From positions 690,001-722,000 of the forward strand of contig OW818675.1 of NCBI GenBank assembly GCA_942493095.1: 32,000 nt of DNA. Direction: 5' to 3'. Each line of letters begins with the position of its first letter. Within the stretch, counting starts at the first letter, position 1. Source of the stretch: Candidatus Electronema halotolerans. GTDB lineage: Bacteria; Desulfobacterota; Desulfobulbia; Desulfobulbales; Desulfobulbaceae. Below are positions 18,396-27,781 of the stretch, one piece after another. The translations under genes and the position numbers were made by a program. The notes beneath the pieces were generated by a model that saw nothing but the letters and a program-made list of their open reading frames with translations, ran no database searches and was not told the DNA's origin.

Positions 18396-19589
18396 TTACG
18401 GCAGCAGGTCGGTCGGCTCGTTGAGCACCACGATCTTTGCTCTGGGGAAGAAGTTGAAGTCAGAGGCGGAAGCGGCTGTGTAAGCTCCCATCATCCGCCC
18501 GATCACCAAGTCGCCGTTGTTCAGCTTGGGCAGCATGATGTCCTCGGCAATCACATCAATGCTGTCGCAGGTCGGCCCGGCCAGCACCGCAGGATGCAGC
18601 TCGCCCTCGTTGCGGAAGGCTTCAACCGGATAAACCGCATGATCATAGATCATGCCGCTGAAGGAGCCGTACAGGCCGTCATCCAAATAATACCACGTCC
18701 TGCCGTCGCGCTCGGCCTGGCCCATGACTGAGGCCACGGAAATGACTGCCGGAGCGACAATGAAACGGCCCGGTTCAGAGATCACATGCACGCTTTCCGG
18801 GAACTCGGCCAAGGCCTCGCGGATCGGGGCGCAGAATTCCTCAATGGCCATGACCTGATCCGTGTAATGGACCGGGAAGCCGCCGCCAATGTCCAAGGTG
18901 CTCATCTTGGGCAGGCCCAGCTCTGCGGCCCGGCGGAAAACCTCGCCGCAGGTGCGGATGGCGGTGATGTACTTTTCCGGGTTCGCGGTCTGCGAGCCGA
19001 CATGGAAGGACAGACCCTTGATGCGGATGCCAAGCCGCTGTGCCTGCCGCAGCAGCTCCAAGGCTCCGTCCGGGCTACAGCCGAATTTCTTGGACAGATC
19101 CGAATACGCATCCGCATTGCGGAAGCTGAGGCGGATGAGCAGCTCGGCCTCATCCCGGTAGGGGATGAATTTTTCCAGCTCGTTCTGATTGTCAATGACA
19201 AAAACCGTGCAGCCGTAGAGCAGGGCGTGGCGGATGTCTGAATCCCGCTTGATCGGGTGGGTGTGAATCGTCTTTTCACCGGGCACGCCGAGTTCCTGCA
19301 CCAAATCAACCTCGCCATTGGTGGCCAGATCAAAATTCGCTCCTTCTTGGAGCAGAGTTTGCACCACTGCCGGATGGGGCAGCGGCTTCAGGGCAAAGTG
19401 GGCCGCCGCTTCAGGCAGGGCTTGGCGGAGAGCGCGGTACTGACGACGGATGACATCGCAGTCCAAGAGCAGCACCGGAGTGCCGTGGAGGGCTGCCGCA
19501 GCTTGGATCAGTTCCTGTTCCGAAGTCGGACAAAAGAGTTCGGACAGGCAGGCGGGCGCGGCAGGCAGGTTGGGCAGAATGACGGACAT
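18396..19589 (-). CDS. PLP-dependent ornithine/lysine/DAP-type decarboxylase (fold III)
   Basis: HFALKPLPHPAVVQTLLQEGANFDLATNGEVD; GLSFHVGSQ; LDIGGGFPV; ISEPGRFIVAPA; GPTCDSIDVI. Confidence 0.9.
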   Translation of the reverse strand: MSVILPNLPAAPACLSELFCPTSEQELIQAAAALHGTPVLLLDCDVIRRQYRALRQALPEAAAHFALKPLPHPAVVQTLLQEGANFDLATNGEVDLVQELGVPGEKTIHTHPIKRDSDIRHALLYGCTVFVIDNQNELEKFIPYRDEAELLIRLSFRNADAYSDLSKKFGCSPDGALELLRQAQRLGIRIKGLSFHVGSQTANPEKYITAIRTCGEVFRRAAELGLPKMSTLDIGGGFPVHYTDQVMAIEEFCAPIREALAEFPESVHVISEPGRFIVAPAVISVASVMGQAERDGRTWYYLDDGLYGSFSGMIYDHAVYPVEAFRNEGELHPAVLAGPTCDSIDVIAEDIMLPKLNNGDLVIGRMMGAYTAASASDFNFFPRAKIVVLNEPTDLLP

Positions 19590-19998
19590 AGTATCCCCCT
19601 CAAGTTAAAGTTTGTGGAAAAAACAAAAACCTCAACTCTCTTGCTCGTTACAGTTGCTCTGCCATTACTCGCTTGGGACGATTCTGCACGGATTGGCTGG
19701 TCAGCAAGAAAAGGCACGCATAATAAATGAAATTCAATAAGTTCGCAAGCCTTTTTCAAGCTGTCAAGAATATTTTTTTCATCCCGAATTTTCGACGCTC
19801 TCCTTCTTGTTCCCCCGGAGAAAGCTGTGACCGCTGCCGCGTTCCGTCCTGAAGATTTTCAGAGAAGCTGTTTTCCGCCGTCGGTCTTGGATAATCAGTT
19901 GCTGAACCGGGCAAGTCACGTTATACCAAAGAAGACCAACTGCGGCCAAGTCCTGCTGCTTGGCTGGCTAAAATTTCTTATATCCTGAAAAAAATGCC

Positions 19999-21453
19999 AT
20001 GATGCTGAACAACAAGAATCTGCTGCGCAGCCGCTGCTTCATTGGCGGCGGCTGGACAGACGCGGTCACAGGCAAGACCATTGACGTGCATAATCCCGCC
20101 ACTGGCGAGCTGCTTGGCACGGTGCCATACTTGGGCCGGGAAGAAACCCTCCAGGCTATTGCCGCTGCTGAAGCTGCCTGGCCTGCCTGGCGGAACCGCA
20201 CCGCCCATGAGCGCAGCCGGATCATCCGTCGCTGGCACGATCTGATTGTCGAAAATCAGCGCGATTTGGCCGTGATCATGACTGCCGAGCAGGGCAAGCC
20301 CTTGGCTGAATCAATGGGTGAGATACGCTACGGAGCCAGCTTTGTCGAGTGGTTTGCCGAGGAAGGCAAACGGGTCTATGGCGACACTGTGCCAATGGCC
20401 CAGCCGGGCAAGCGGATTGTCGTGCTCAAGCAGCCGGTTGGAGTTTGCGCCGCCATCACCCCGTGGAATTTTCCCTCGTCCATGATCACCCGCAAGGCGG
20501 CCCCGGCCTTGGCCGCAGGCTGCACCGTGGTGGTCAAACCGGCCAGCCAGACCCCGTTCTCCGCCTTGGCCTTGGCCGTGCTGGCTGAAGAGGCAGGAAT
20601 GCCGCCGGGCGTGTTCAATGTGCTCACCGGTTCAGCCAAGGAAATCGGCGGCGAGCTGTGCGCCAATCCAGCAGTGCGCAAACTGAGCTTCACCGGCTCC
20701 ACGGAAATCGGCAAACTGCTGATGCGCCAGTGCGCGGACACGGTTAAGAACATTTCGCTGGAGCTGGGCGGTCATGCCCCGTTCATTGTTTTTGACGATG
20801 CTGACTTGGATGAGGCCGTGGAAGGAGCAATCGCCTCAAAATACCGCAACTCCGGCCAGACCTGCGTCTGCGCCAACCGCTTCATCATCCAAGACGGCAT
20901 TTACGCAGCCTTTGCCGAAAAGCTGGTGCAGGCAGTCAAAGACCAGCTCAAGCTGGGCAACGGCTTTGACGAGGGCGTGAATCAGGGGCCGCTGATCGAT
21001 CTCAACGCGGTGCTTAGAATGGAGGAGCAGGTCAAGGATGCGGTGGACAAAGGAGCGCGTCTTGGCTGCGGCGGCCAGCGGATAGACGGGACTGGCTTTT
21101 TCTTTGAGCCAACCGTACTCCTTGATGCCAAGCCGGACATGCGCATTGCCCAAGAAGAGACCTTTGGCCCACTGGCACCGCTGTTCCGCTTCGCAACCGA
21201 GGAGGAGGCGGTTGCCTTGGCCAATGACACGCCCTATGGCTTGGCCTCCTATTTTTACAGCCGCGACATCGGCAGGTGCTGGCGCGTGGCGGAAAATTTG
21301 GAATACGGCATGGTTGGCATCAACACCGGCATCATGTCCACCGAATCCGCGCCCTTTGGCGGCATCAAGGAATCCGGCATTGGCCGGGAAGGCTCCAAGT
21401 ACGGGATTGAGGAGTATCTGGAGCTGAAATATCTCTGTCTGGGCGGCTTGTGA
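19999..21453 (+). CDS. gabD: NAD(P)-dependent succinate-semialdehyde dehydrogenase
   Basis: NPATGELLGTVPYLG; ITPWNFPSSMITRKAAPALAAGCTVVVKPASQTPFSALAL; LELGGHAPFIVFDDADLD; NSGQTCVCANR. Confidence 0.95.
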   Translation: MMLNNKNLLRSRCFIGGGWTDAVTGKTIDVHNPATGELLGTVPYLGREETLQAIAAAEAAWPAWRNRTAHERSRIIRRWHDLIVENQRDLAVIMTAEQGKPLAESMGEIRYGASFVEWFAEEGKRVYGDTVPMAQPGKRIVVLKQPVGVCAAITPWNFPSSMITRKAAPALAAGCTVVVKPASQTPFSALALAVLAEEAGMPPGVFNVLTGSAKEIGGELCANPAVRKLSFTGSTEIGKLLMRQCADTVKNISLELGGHAPFIVFDDADLDEAVEGAIASKYRNSGQTCVCANRFIIQDGIYAAFAEKLVQAVKDQLKLGNGFDEGVNQGPLIDLNAVLRMEEQVKDAVDKGARLGCGGQRIDGTGFFFEPTVLLDAKPDMRIAQEETFGPLAPLFRFATEEEAVALANDTPYGLASYFYSRDIGRCWRVAENLEYGMVGINTGIMSTESAPFGGIKESGIGREGSKYGIEEYLELKYLCLGGL

Positions 21454-21464
21454 CGCAGTGCTGA

Positions 21465-21496
21465 GGAAAAAAGGCCGCATCCCCGCTGATGCGGCC
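21465..21496 (-). terminator. Terminator-like hairpin (T run only on the minus-strand side)
   Basis: AAAAAA GGCCGCATC-CCCGCT-GATGCGGCC. Confidence 0.5.
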
Positions 21497-21713
21497 TGAT
21501 CTGAAAAGACGATTTATCAGGACGATGCGCAGTGTTTTTTCTCAGCACCTCCAACAGGCTGCGGCTGCTCTGCCTCAGCATGGTAGTTATTGTATTTCCG
21601 TAAAAATAAAGACGTGGCAGTACCGATTCACATTGTATCCAAAGCTGAGGCGATGTATAATTATTTTCAGGAGGAGAGTGCTCACAACCAGGGTTGCCAC
21701 GGAGAATGCTCTC

Positions 21714-23894
21714 ATGAGAAAAAAAATATCCTGCCTATGCTTGGCAACACTTGCGCTGACTGTGGCCACTGTTCAGGCGGACAATAAAAACTGTGAAACC
21801 GCGTTTGCTTACGGCGACAAGGAGCTGAGTTCCTTTCTGCGCAATAACAGCTGGGGCTGGCAAATTACAGTGAACAGCGGCGACACACTCTCCAGAGCAA
21901 TATACGCTGGCGCAGGCCAGAATGATGTCAGCAAAGGAACGGAAGTCGGCAAACTGGAAGTCAGGCACGAAGGCGACAAGCTGCGGCTGACTTTTAAATT
22001 GGCTGATGGTTTTGTCAGAAAGGAAACGCATCTGTATGTAGGCAGCAGTGACATCCGCACTTCAGCTCCGGGGCAATATGTGAAATACAACATCGGCGAC
22101 ATTGAGGATATGGGTGGCGGTGTGTATCAGATTGCCATTCCTGCCGATCTGACGGACGATGTTTTGTATGTGGTTGCTCATGCGGAAGTCTGCGAAGGAG
22201 AAGCAGAGGATGGCTGCGCTGCAAGCGTTTCTTGGTGGAAGGGCGCATGGGCAGAAGATGCAGTTTACACTTCCGGCAATATTGTTCAGTATGATGGCAG
22301 CAGCTATGTCAACACCTGCTGCCCGGCTGAAGTTGGTGTTGTCCCGCCGTTGAATTTGCTTCCCAACGGCTGTTGGGATATTATGGCGGCTCAAGGCGTG
22401 ACAGGCCCTGCTGGCACGGAAGGGCCAATTGGTCCCGCCGGGCCGAAGGGTGACACTGGCGATACAGGCGACATTGGCCCACAAGGTCCGCAAGGCATTC
22501 AGGGTGAAGTTGGGCCTGCTGGTCCCACCGGAGCAACCGGACTGACAGGCGACATTGGCCCACAGGGGCCGCAGGGCATTCAAGGTGAAGTCGGGCCGAA
22601 GGGTGACACTGGTGCCGTTGGAGCGACAGGACCCACTGGTGCGACCGGAGCAACCGGCCCGCAAGGTATTCAGGGTGAAACTGGGCCTGCCGGTCCCACC
22701 GGAGCAATTGGGCCGACGGGTGAGAAAGGGGATAAGGGCGACATTGGCCTGCAAGGTCCGCAGGGCATTCAGGGTGAAGTCGGGCCGACGGGTGACACTG
22801 GTGCCGTTGGAGCCACAGGAGCAATTGGACCAACGGGGCCTGCCGGTCCCACGGGAGCCACTGGCCCTGTAGGAGCAACCGGGCCGATGGGTGACACTGG
22901 TGCCGTTGGAGCCACAGGAGCAATTGGACCAACGGGGCCTGCCGGTCCCACGGGAGCCACTGGCCCTGTAGGAGCTACCGGACCGAAGGGTGACATTGGA
23001 GCCACTGGCCCGACAGGAGCTACCGGACCGACGGGCGCAAAAGGTGATACGGGAGCTGTTGGGCCTGCCGGGCCGAAGGGTGACACTGGTGCCATTGGAG
23101 CAACCGGGCCGACAGGACCCACTGGTGCGACCGGAGCAACCGGCCCGCAAGGTCTGCAAGGCATTCAGGGTGACACTGGCGATACAGGAGCCAAGGGAGA
23201 CAGAGGCTCGCAAGGTCCTGCTGGTCCAGTCGGGCCTGCCGGGCCGCAGGGAGCCAAGGGAGAGCAGGGGCCGCAGGGACTGGTGGGAGAGAAGGGGGAT
23301 ACTGGCCCGCAAGGTCCTCCAGGCGTATGCACCTGTCCCTCTTCTGTGGAAAGCTATTCCGCGTTCAGCATGGCCGAGCCAGCCGCAGCTGATGCAATCA
23401 AGCTGGTGCCTGCGCAGTGCTATGAAGGTGAAATCATGGCAGGCATTGATCAGGATGGTCAGATCATCTGCCGTGACGCAGGCGCAAGCTGCAGCACAGC
23501 TTTTGCCTACGGCGCAACTGCATTAGAAGACATTCTCCCGGCCAAGCTCTGGGGCTGGCAGCTCACGGTGAGCAGAGGCCAGACACTGACGCAGCCGCTC
23601 TATGTTGAAGCGGTGAACAATGATCTGAGCCGGGCAGAGGCGGCAGGCAGTCTGACTGTCACCTACGCAGGGGACAAGGTGACGGTCACATTCACGATGG
23701 AGCACGAATTCACCATGCAGGAAACCCATCTGTATGTTGGCACAGGCAATGTGACAACCACCCTGCCCAGCGAGTATCCGCTGTTCCATGAAGGGCTGAA
23801 ACATGCCTTGGTTGACAGCTATGAAGTCAGGGTCAGCGGCGAGGCGGCCAGTCTGAATCTTGCCGCTCAGGCTGTAGTTTGCGAAAAAGAGTGA
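21714..23894 (+). CDS. Secreted collagen-like protein with duplicated flanking domains
   Basis: Signal peptide [22 protein letters not shown]; N-domain CETAFAYG...; [26 protein letters not shown] segment; 104 Gly-X-Y triplets (22395-23330); C-domain CSTAFAYG.... Confidence 0.9.
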   Translation: MRKKISCLCLATLALTVATVQADNKNCETAFAYGDKELSSFLRNNSWGWQITVNSGDTLSRAIYAGAGQNDVSKGTEVGKLEVRHEGDKLRLTFKLADGFVRKETHLYVGSSDIRTSAPGQYVKYNIGDIEDMGGGVYQIAIPADLTDDVLYVVAHAEVCEGEAEDGCAASVSWWKGAWAEDAVYTSGNIVQYDGSSYVNTCCPAEVGVVPPLNLLPNGCWDIMAAQGVTGPAGTEGPIGPAGPKGDTGDTGDIGPQGPQGIQGEVGPAGPTGATGLTGDIGPQGPQGIQGEVGPKGDTGAVGATGPTGATGATGPQGIQGETGPAGPTGAIGPTGEKGDKGDIGLQGPQGIQGEVGPTGDTGAVGATGAIGPTGPAGPTGATGPVGATGPMGDTGAVGATGAIGPTGPAGPTGATGPVGATGPKGDIGATGPTGATGPTGAKGDTGAVGPAGPKGDTGAIGATGPTGPTGATGATGPQGLQGIQGDTGDTGAKGDRGSQGPAGPVGPAGPQGAKGEQGPQGLVGEKGDTGPQGPPGVCTCPSSVESYSAFSMAEPAAADAIKLVPAQCYEGEIMAGIDQDGQIICRDAGASCSTAFAYGATALEDILPAKLWGWQLTVSRGQTLTQPLYVEAVNNDLSRAEAAGSLTVTYAGDKVTVTFTMEHEFTMQETHLYVGTGNVTTTLPSEYPLFHEGLKHALVDSYEVRVSGEAASLNLAAQAVVCEKE
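22791..22988 (+). repeat. 99-bp tandem duplication (11 Gly-X-Y triplets x2) in the collagen-like gene
   Basis: GGTGACACTGGTGCCGTTGGAGCCACAGGAGCAATTGGACCAACGGGGCCTGCCGGTCCCACGGGAGCCACTGGCCCTGTAGGAGC... occurs back to back at 22791 and 22890 with only a few differences at the end. Confidence 0.85.
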
Positions 23895-23945
23895 TCTCAC
23901 CGTCGGAAGAGGCCGGACAGTTTCCGGTCTCTCCGCCTGCACGCC

Positions 23946-24866
23946 TTATTTCCTCTGCTGATTGTTGACCCGTTTGAAGAGAATCACCAAGCTGCGTTTG
24001 AGCAAATTGACCGCATGATACAGATGATCCAATTCGTCATTGGATTCAGAAGGATTGGTATAGACTAAGGGCGTGTCCAGCTTGCCGGCGGCAATGGCTT
24101 CCGCGTTTCGGGTCAGCGCGACCAGCCGCACTGCCACGGAGCGGATGAAGACCACATTCAGAACCAAGGTGAAAGTCAGCAGGGCAAGAGTGTGCAGATT
24201 GATCATTGAGCGCAGCACATCCCCTGTGCCCAGCGCAGGCACAGTGACGCTGATGATCCCCCGCACCTGACCAACCTTGTAGCCAAAGGCCTTTTCGCTG
24301 CCGTATTTTTCCAGCACCGTCGGCGGCGCATCTTTGGGATCGCCATGACATTGCAGGCAGCTCTCCTCGACAAAGAGCGGGCGGGCATAGCGGTATCTTC
24401 CGTTTTCATACTGCCCGACAAATTCCAGACTCTTATCCGCCTTGAAGCGGCTGACAGCTTCCTTCTCAAAGGCATCCGGCGCATTTTCCTCTTTGCGAAA
24501 ATTATCGCTGGTCACTTTGAAGGTCGAACGGCCTCCCTCTCTTTCCACGACCATGGCCAGCTCTCTGGTGGCCAAGGCCGGATTTTTGCCGTAAAAGGCC
24601 CCGCCTGCGCCGTCTGACTGCTCTTCAAGGAAATCATGAAAGCCCGGCGGAGCAGCCTCCATGTCCATGTTCCTGACCCAGATCATGCCGCTCTGCGCGA
24701 TCCATGAGCGGAAGGCAATCACATAATCCGCCACTGCCCTGGCCTCGTTGCGGGAGACCTGCATCCGCAGCGAGTTGAGCGTGGCAAGAAAGGAGCCTGC
24801 CACCAGCAGCATGCTTAATGTGAACACAGCTAAAAATTTCAGCGGAATGCTGAATCGTCTTCCCAC
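23946..24866 (-). CDS. DUF3365-like haem-binding sensor/membrane protein with HAMP-like region
   Basis: N-terminal TM helix; LFVEESCLQCHGDPKDAPP (single CxxCH); second TM; FIRSVAVRLVALTRNAEAIAAGKLDTPL. Confidence 0.82.
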   Translation of the reverse strand: MGRRFSIPLKFLAVFTLSMLLVAGSFLATLNSLRMQVSRNEARAVADYVIAFRSWIAQSGMIWVRNMDMEAAPPGFHDFLEEQSDGAGGAFYGKNPALATRELAMVVEREGGRSTFKVTSDNFRKEENAPDAFEKEAVSRFKADKSLEFVGQYENGRYRYARPLFVEESCLQCHGDPKDAPPTVLEKYGSEKAFGYKVGQVRGIISVTVPALGTGDVLRSMINLHTLALLTFTLVLNVVFIRSVAVRLVALTRNAEAIAAGKLDTPLVYTNPSESNDELDHLYHAVNLLKRSLVILFKRVNNQQRK

Positions 24867-24920
24867 AGCAGCACCTTTTGTTGTTGATTGGCATGTTGGG
24901 CCGGATTGAGCGGCGGGCGG

Positions 24921-25442
24921 TCAGACAGTCTTTTCTTCTCCCTGCGGCAAAATTTTCCGCAGCAGGAGCAGGCTGTCCGGGGTGAAGAGTTCCTGCGCAG
25001 CCAGCTCCTCCACCTTGGCAGGCGGCAGGAACTGGCCGGACTCCACCTCTTCGGCCTGAAGGGTGAATGGCCCCTCGCTGCGGCAGCGGAAAATTCGGCC
25101 CCAGACCTGGTTGCCCGCGTCCTCGCAATAGTGATCAAAGAGAGCTTCCAGCTTCACTTTACGCAGCCCCAGCTCCTCAGCCAGCTCCCGCTCCGCCGCC
25201 GCCTCATAGCTTTCCCCGGCCAAAACCACCCCGCCTGCGGCTGCATCCCAATAACCGGGGTAAATATCCTTGCTTTTGGTGCGCTTCTGAATGAACAGCT
25301 CTCCAGCGGCATTGAAGACAAAAATATAGCAGGCCCGATGAATGAGCTGCTGGCTGCGCATCAGGCTGCGAGTGACTGCCGCGATCTCCCGGTTGTCCTG
25401 ATCAACAATCTGAACGATTTCCTCTTCAGGCGGCGCAGTCAT
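24921..25442 (-). CDS. NUDIX hydrolase (YfcD/isopentenyl-diphosphate isomerase-like)
   Basis: GYWDAAAGGVVLAGESYEAAAERELAEELGL Nudix box; FVFNAAGELFIQKRTKSKDIYPG. Confidence 0.9.
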   Translation of the reverse strand: MTAPPEEEIVQIVDQDNREIAAVTRSLMRSQQLIHRACYIFVFNAAGELFIQKRTKSKDIYPGYWDAAAGGVVLAGESYEAAAERELAEELGLRKVKLEALFDHYCEDAGNQVWGRIFRCRSEGPFTLQAEEVESGQFLPPAKVEELAAQELFTPDSLLLLRKILPQGEEKTV

Positions 25443-27637
25443 TGTCCTCTTCCTCGTCTGTCCGGTGGCGGAACTGCCAGCAGCGGTGCGGCGGCCTGCT
25501 GTCGGCAAAATCTTTGGGAATGGTCTGCTCGGTGATTTCGCTGACCGAAAAGTCCAGCTCTACTTCCGGGTCCAATTTAAATTTCTTGAAATTGGTCGAA
25601 AAAATCAACGTGCCGTCCGCAGCCAGCCGCTGCATGGCCAAGCGCAGCAGTTCCGGGTGATCCTTCTGGACATCAAAAACCAGCCCCTTGTGCCGGGAAT
25701 TGGCAAAGGTGGGCGGATCAACAAAAATCAGGCCGTACTGCTCCTTGCAGGACTTGAGCCAGGTCAGGCAGTCGGCCTCAACAAACTGATGCAGCGGGCC
25801 GCCAAAACCGTTCAGGGACATGTTGGCCTGAGCGCGGCTCAAATAGTTCTCAGACAGATCAACAGTTTTCGTTGACACAGCCCCGCCTGCCGCCGCATGG
25901 ACGGTGGCCGAGCCGGTGTAGGCGAACAGATTGAGGAAAGTTCTACCCTGCGCCTGTTCCGCGAGCATGGCTCTGGTGCGGCGGTGATCCAGGAACAGAC
26001 CTGTGTCCAAGTAATCGCTGAAATTGACCCAAAAAGCGACAGCCGCCTTCCCGCACCTCGTGCAGCCTGCCGCTGTCGCCTTTTTTCTGATACTGCTCCT
26101 TGCCCTTCTGCCGTTCCCGGCTTTTGATGAAAATGCTGGAATGGGGCAGCTGAAGCAGATGACGGAGCACGAGCAGGGCCTGATTGAGCCGCTCCTTGGC
26201 CTTTTCCGGCGGCACGGAAGAGGGTGGCGCATATTCCTGGACATGGGCCCACTGCTCGTACAAATCAATTGCCAGATTGAATTCGGGAATATCAGCATCA
26301 TAGATGCGGAAGCAGGTGATGCTCCGCTCCTCTACCCACGGAAACAGGCTCAGGCAGTTCTTGCGCAGTCGGTTGCTGAAATCTTGGGCTGGCAGAGCAG
26401 GATCAGTGTCCTGCACCGTCCAAGGATGCAGTTCTTCCGAATCTGCGCGCTCTGCCGGGACTGAGCCGCAGAGCAGACGGCATTTGATCGGGCCGTTGTG
26501 CAGGCGATGCCGATCCTGCCAGGCAATGCCAAGCATGTCAGCCAAGTCAGGATTGGCAGTGAAAAAACCGAGCTGCCAGCCTGCGAACTGCGTCCGAACA
26601 AGACGGCCAAAGCAGCGGTACAGGTATTTGACCGCCTCTTTTTCTGAAAGCCGCTCGCCGTAGGGCGGATTGGCAATGAGCAGGCCTTTGGCCGCTGGAG
26701 GCCGCAGCTTGGCCAGCTGCCGCTGCTTGACCGTGATCCGGTCTGCCAGTCCGGCATTGATGATGTTCTTGCGGGCCGCAGCCACAGCCTTGGGATCAGC
26801 GTCATAGCCGATCAGCAGCGGCCAGTTGCTTTCCGCCAGCTGGTCTTCCCGGTCCAAAGCCTCGGCAGTCAGCTTTTCCCAGAGCTTGGCATTATGACCG
26901 TGCCAGGCCATGAAGCCGAAGCTGTCGCGGAGCAGGCCGGGCGCAGAATCGCCAAGGATCAGGGCCGCCTCGATCAGCAGAGTGCCGGAGCCGCACATCG
27001 GGTCCAGCAGGCAGCTGTCCGGCGCCATGCCGGGCCGCACTCCGGCCATATAGACAATGGCGGCGGCCAGACTCTCTTTCAGCGGTGCCTCAACCGACTC
27101 TGTCCGGTAGCCCCGGCGGTGCAGGCTCTCGCCGGACAGGTCCAAGGACAGGGTGGCCTCAGTGCCGCTGACGTGGAGATTGATGCGGATGTCCGGGGTC
27201 TGCGCATCCACATCAGGCCGCCGACCGTCCTGCCGCCGAAACTGATCCACAATTGCGTCCTTGACCCTGAGAGCCGCATACTGGCTGTGACTGAGCAGCG
27301 ACTTGACCAAGGTGCAGCTTACGGCAAAGGTGTTGCCGGGATTGAAATGTCTGCCCCAGTCAATTGTCATGGCCCCAGCATAGACAGCGTCCGGGTCGCC
27401 TGCCTCAAAGCTGGCAAGCTGTAGCAGAATGCGGGAGGCGAAGCGGGACCAGAGGCAGGCCCGGTAGGCGGATTCCAAGTTGCCTGCCTGCCAGCGCACC
27501 GCGCCAGGCGCGCTGATCACCTCTGTTGCGCCAAAGGACAGCAGCTCCTCTTGGACCAGCTCTTCCAGCCCGGCTCCGCAGGTGGCGGCAAAATATAACG
27601 TTTCCCGTTTTTTAGATCGTAAGCGGACCTTGCTCAT
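25426..27637 (-). pseudogene. rlmL: Bifunctional 23S rRNA methyltransferase RlmKL, split by an apparent 1-nt frameshift at 26031-26035
   Basis: RlmL part (THUMP-like N-terminus, LLDPMCGSGTLLIEAAL, LIANPPYGERL) in ORF 25943-27637. RlmK part (WVNFSDYLDTGLFLDHRRTRAML...LNLFAYTGSATVHAA...LIFVDPPTFANS) in the other minus frame, ORF 25426-26301. Confidence 0.87.
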
Positions 27638-27781
27638 ACGCTGGCCTTGTTGTGTTGCTGTTGTGCCTGAGCTTGGCGGACGGCCAAGAGAAGCAGTTGC
27701 CTTTTCCTTCTGTAAAACGGCATGAATGCAGAAATCAAGATATACGAAGCAGGCCTTTTTTCCAAATAAAAAAAGCCGGAC

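Noticed and set aside
21465-21496. Hairpin as the terminator of gabD
   Set aside because: The stem is strong, but the T run lies only on the minus-strand side, so assignment to gabD is not supported by sequence alone.
21590-21787. 65-aa ORF with a Cys/His-rich end ([14 protein letters not shown]...[10 protein letters not shown]) overlapping the start of the collagen-like gene
   Set aside because: Overlaps the signal peptide coding region in another frame, starts at a non-ATG codon and lacks a clear RBS; most likely chance. Conservation analysis could rescue it.
22062-23312. 416-aa minus-strand ORF over the collagen-like gene
   Set aside because: Antisense translation of the Gly-X-Y repeats; its apparent repetitiveness comes solely from the sense-strand repeat.
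22395-23330. Periodic repeats considered as CRISPR-like or satellite DNA
   Set aside because: The 9-bp periodicity is fully explained by Gly-X-Y codon triplets. No spacer-repeat structure was seen here or elsewhere in the window.
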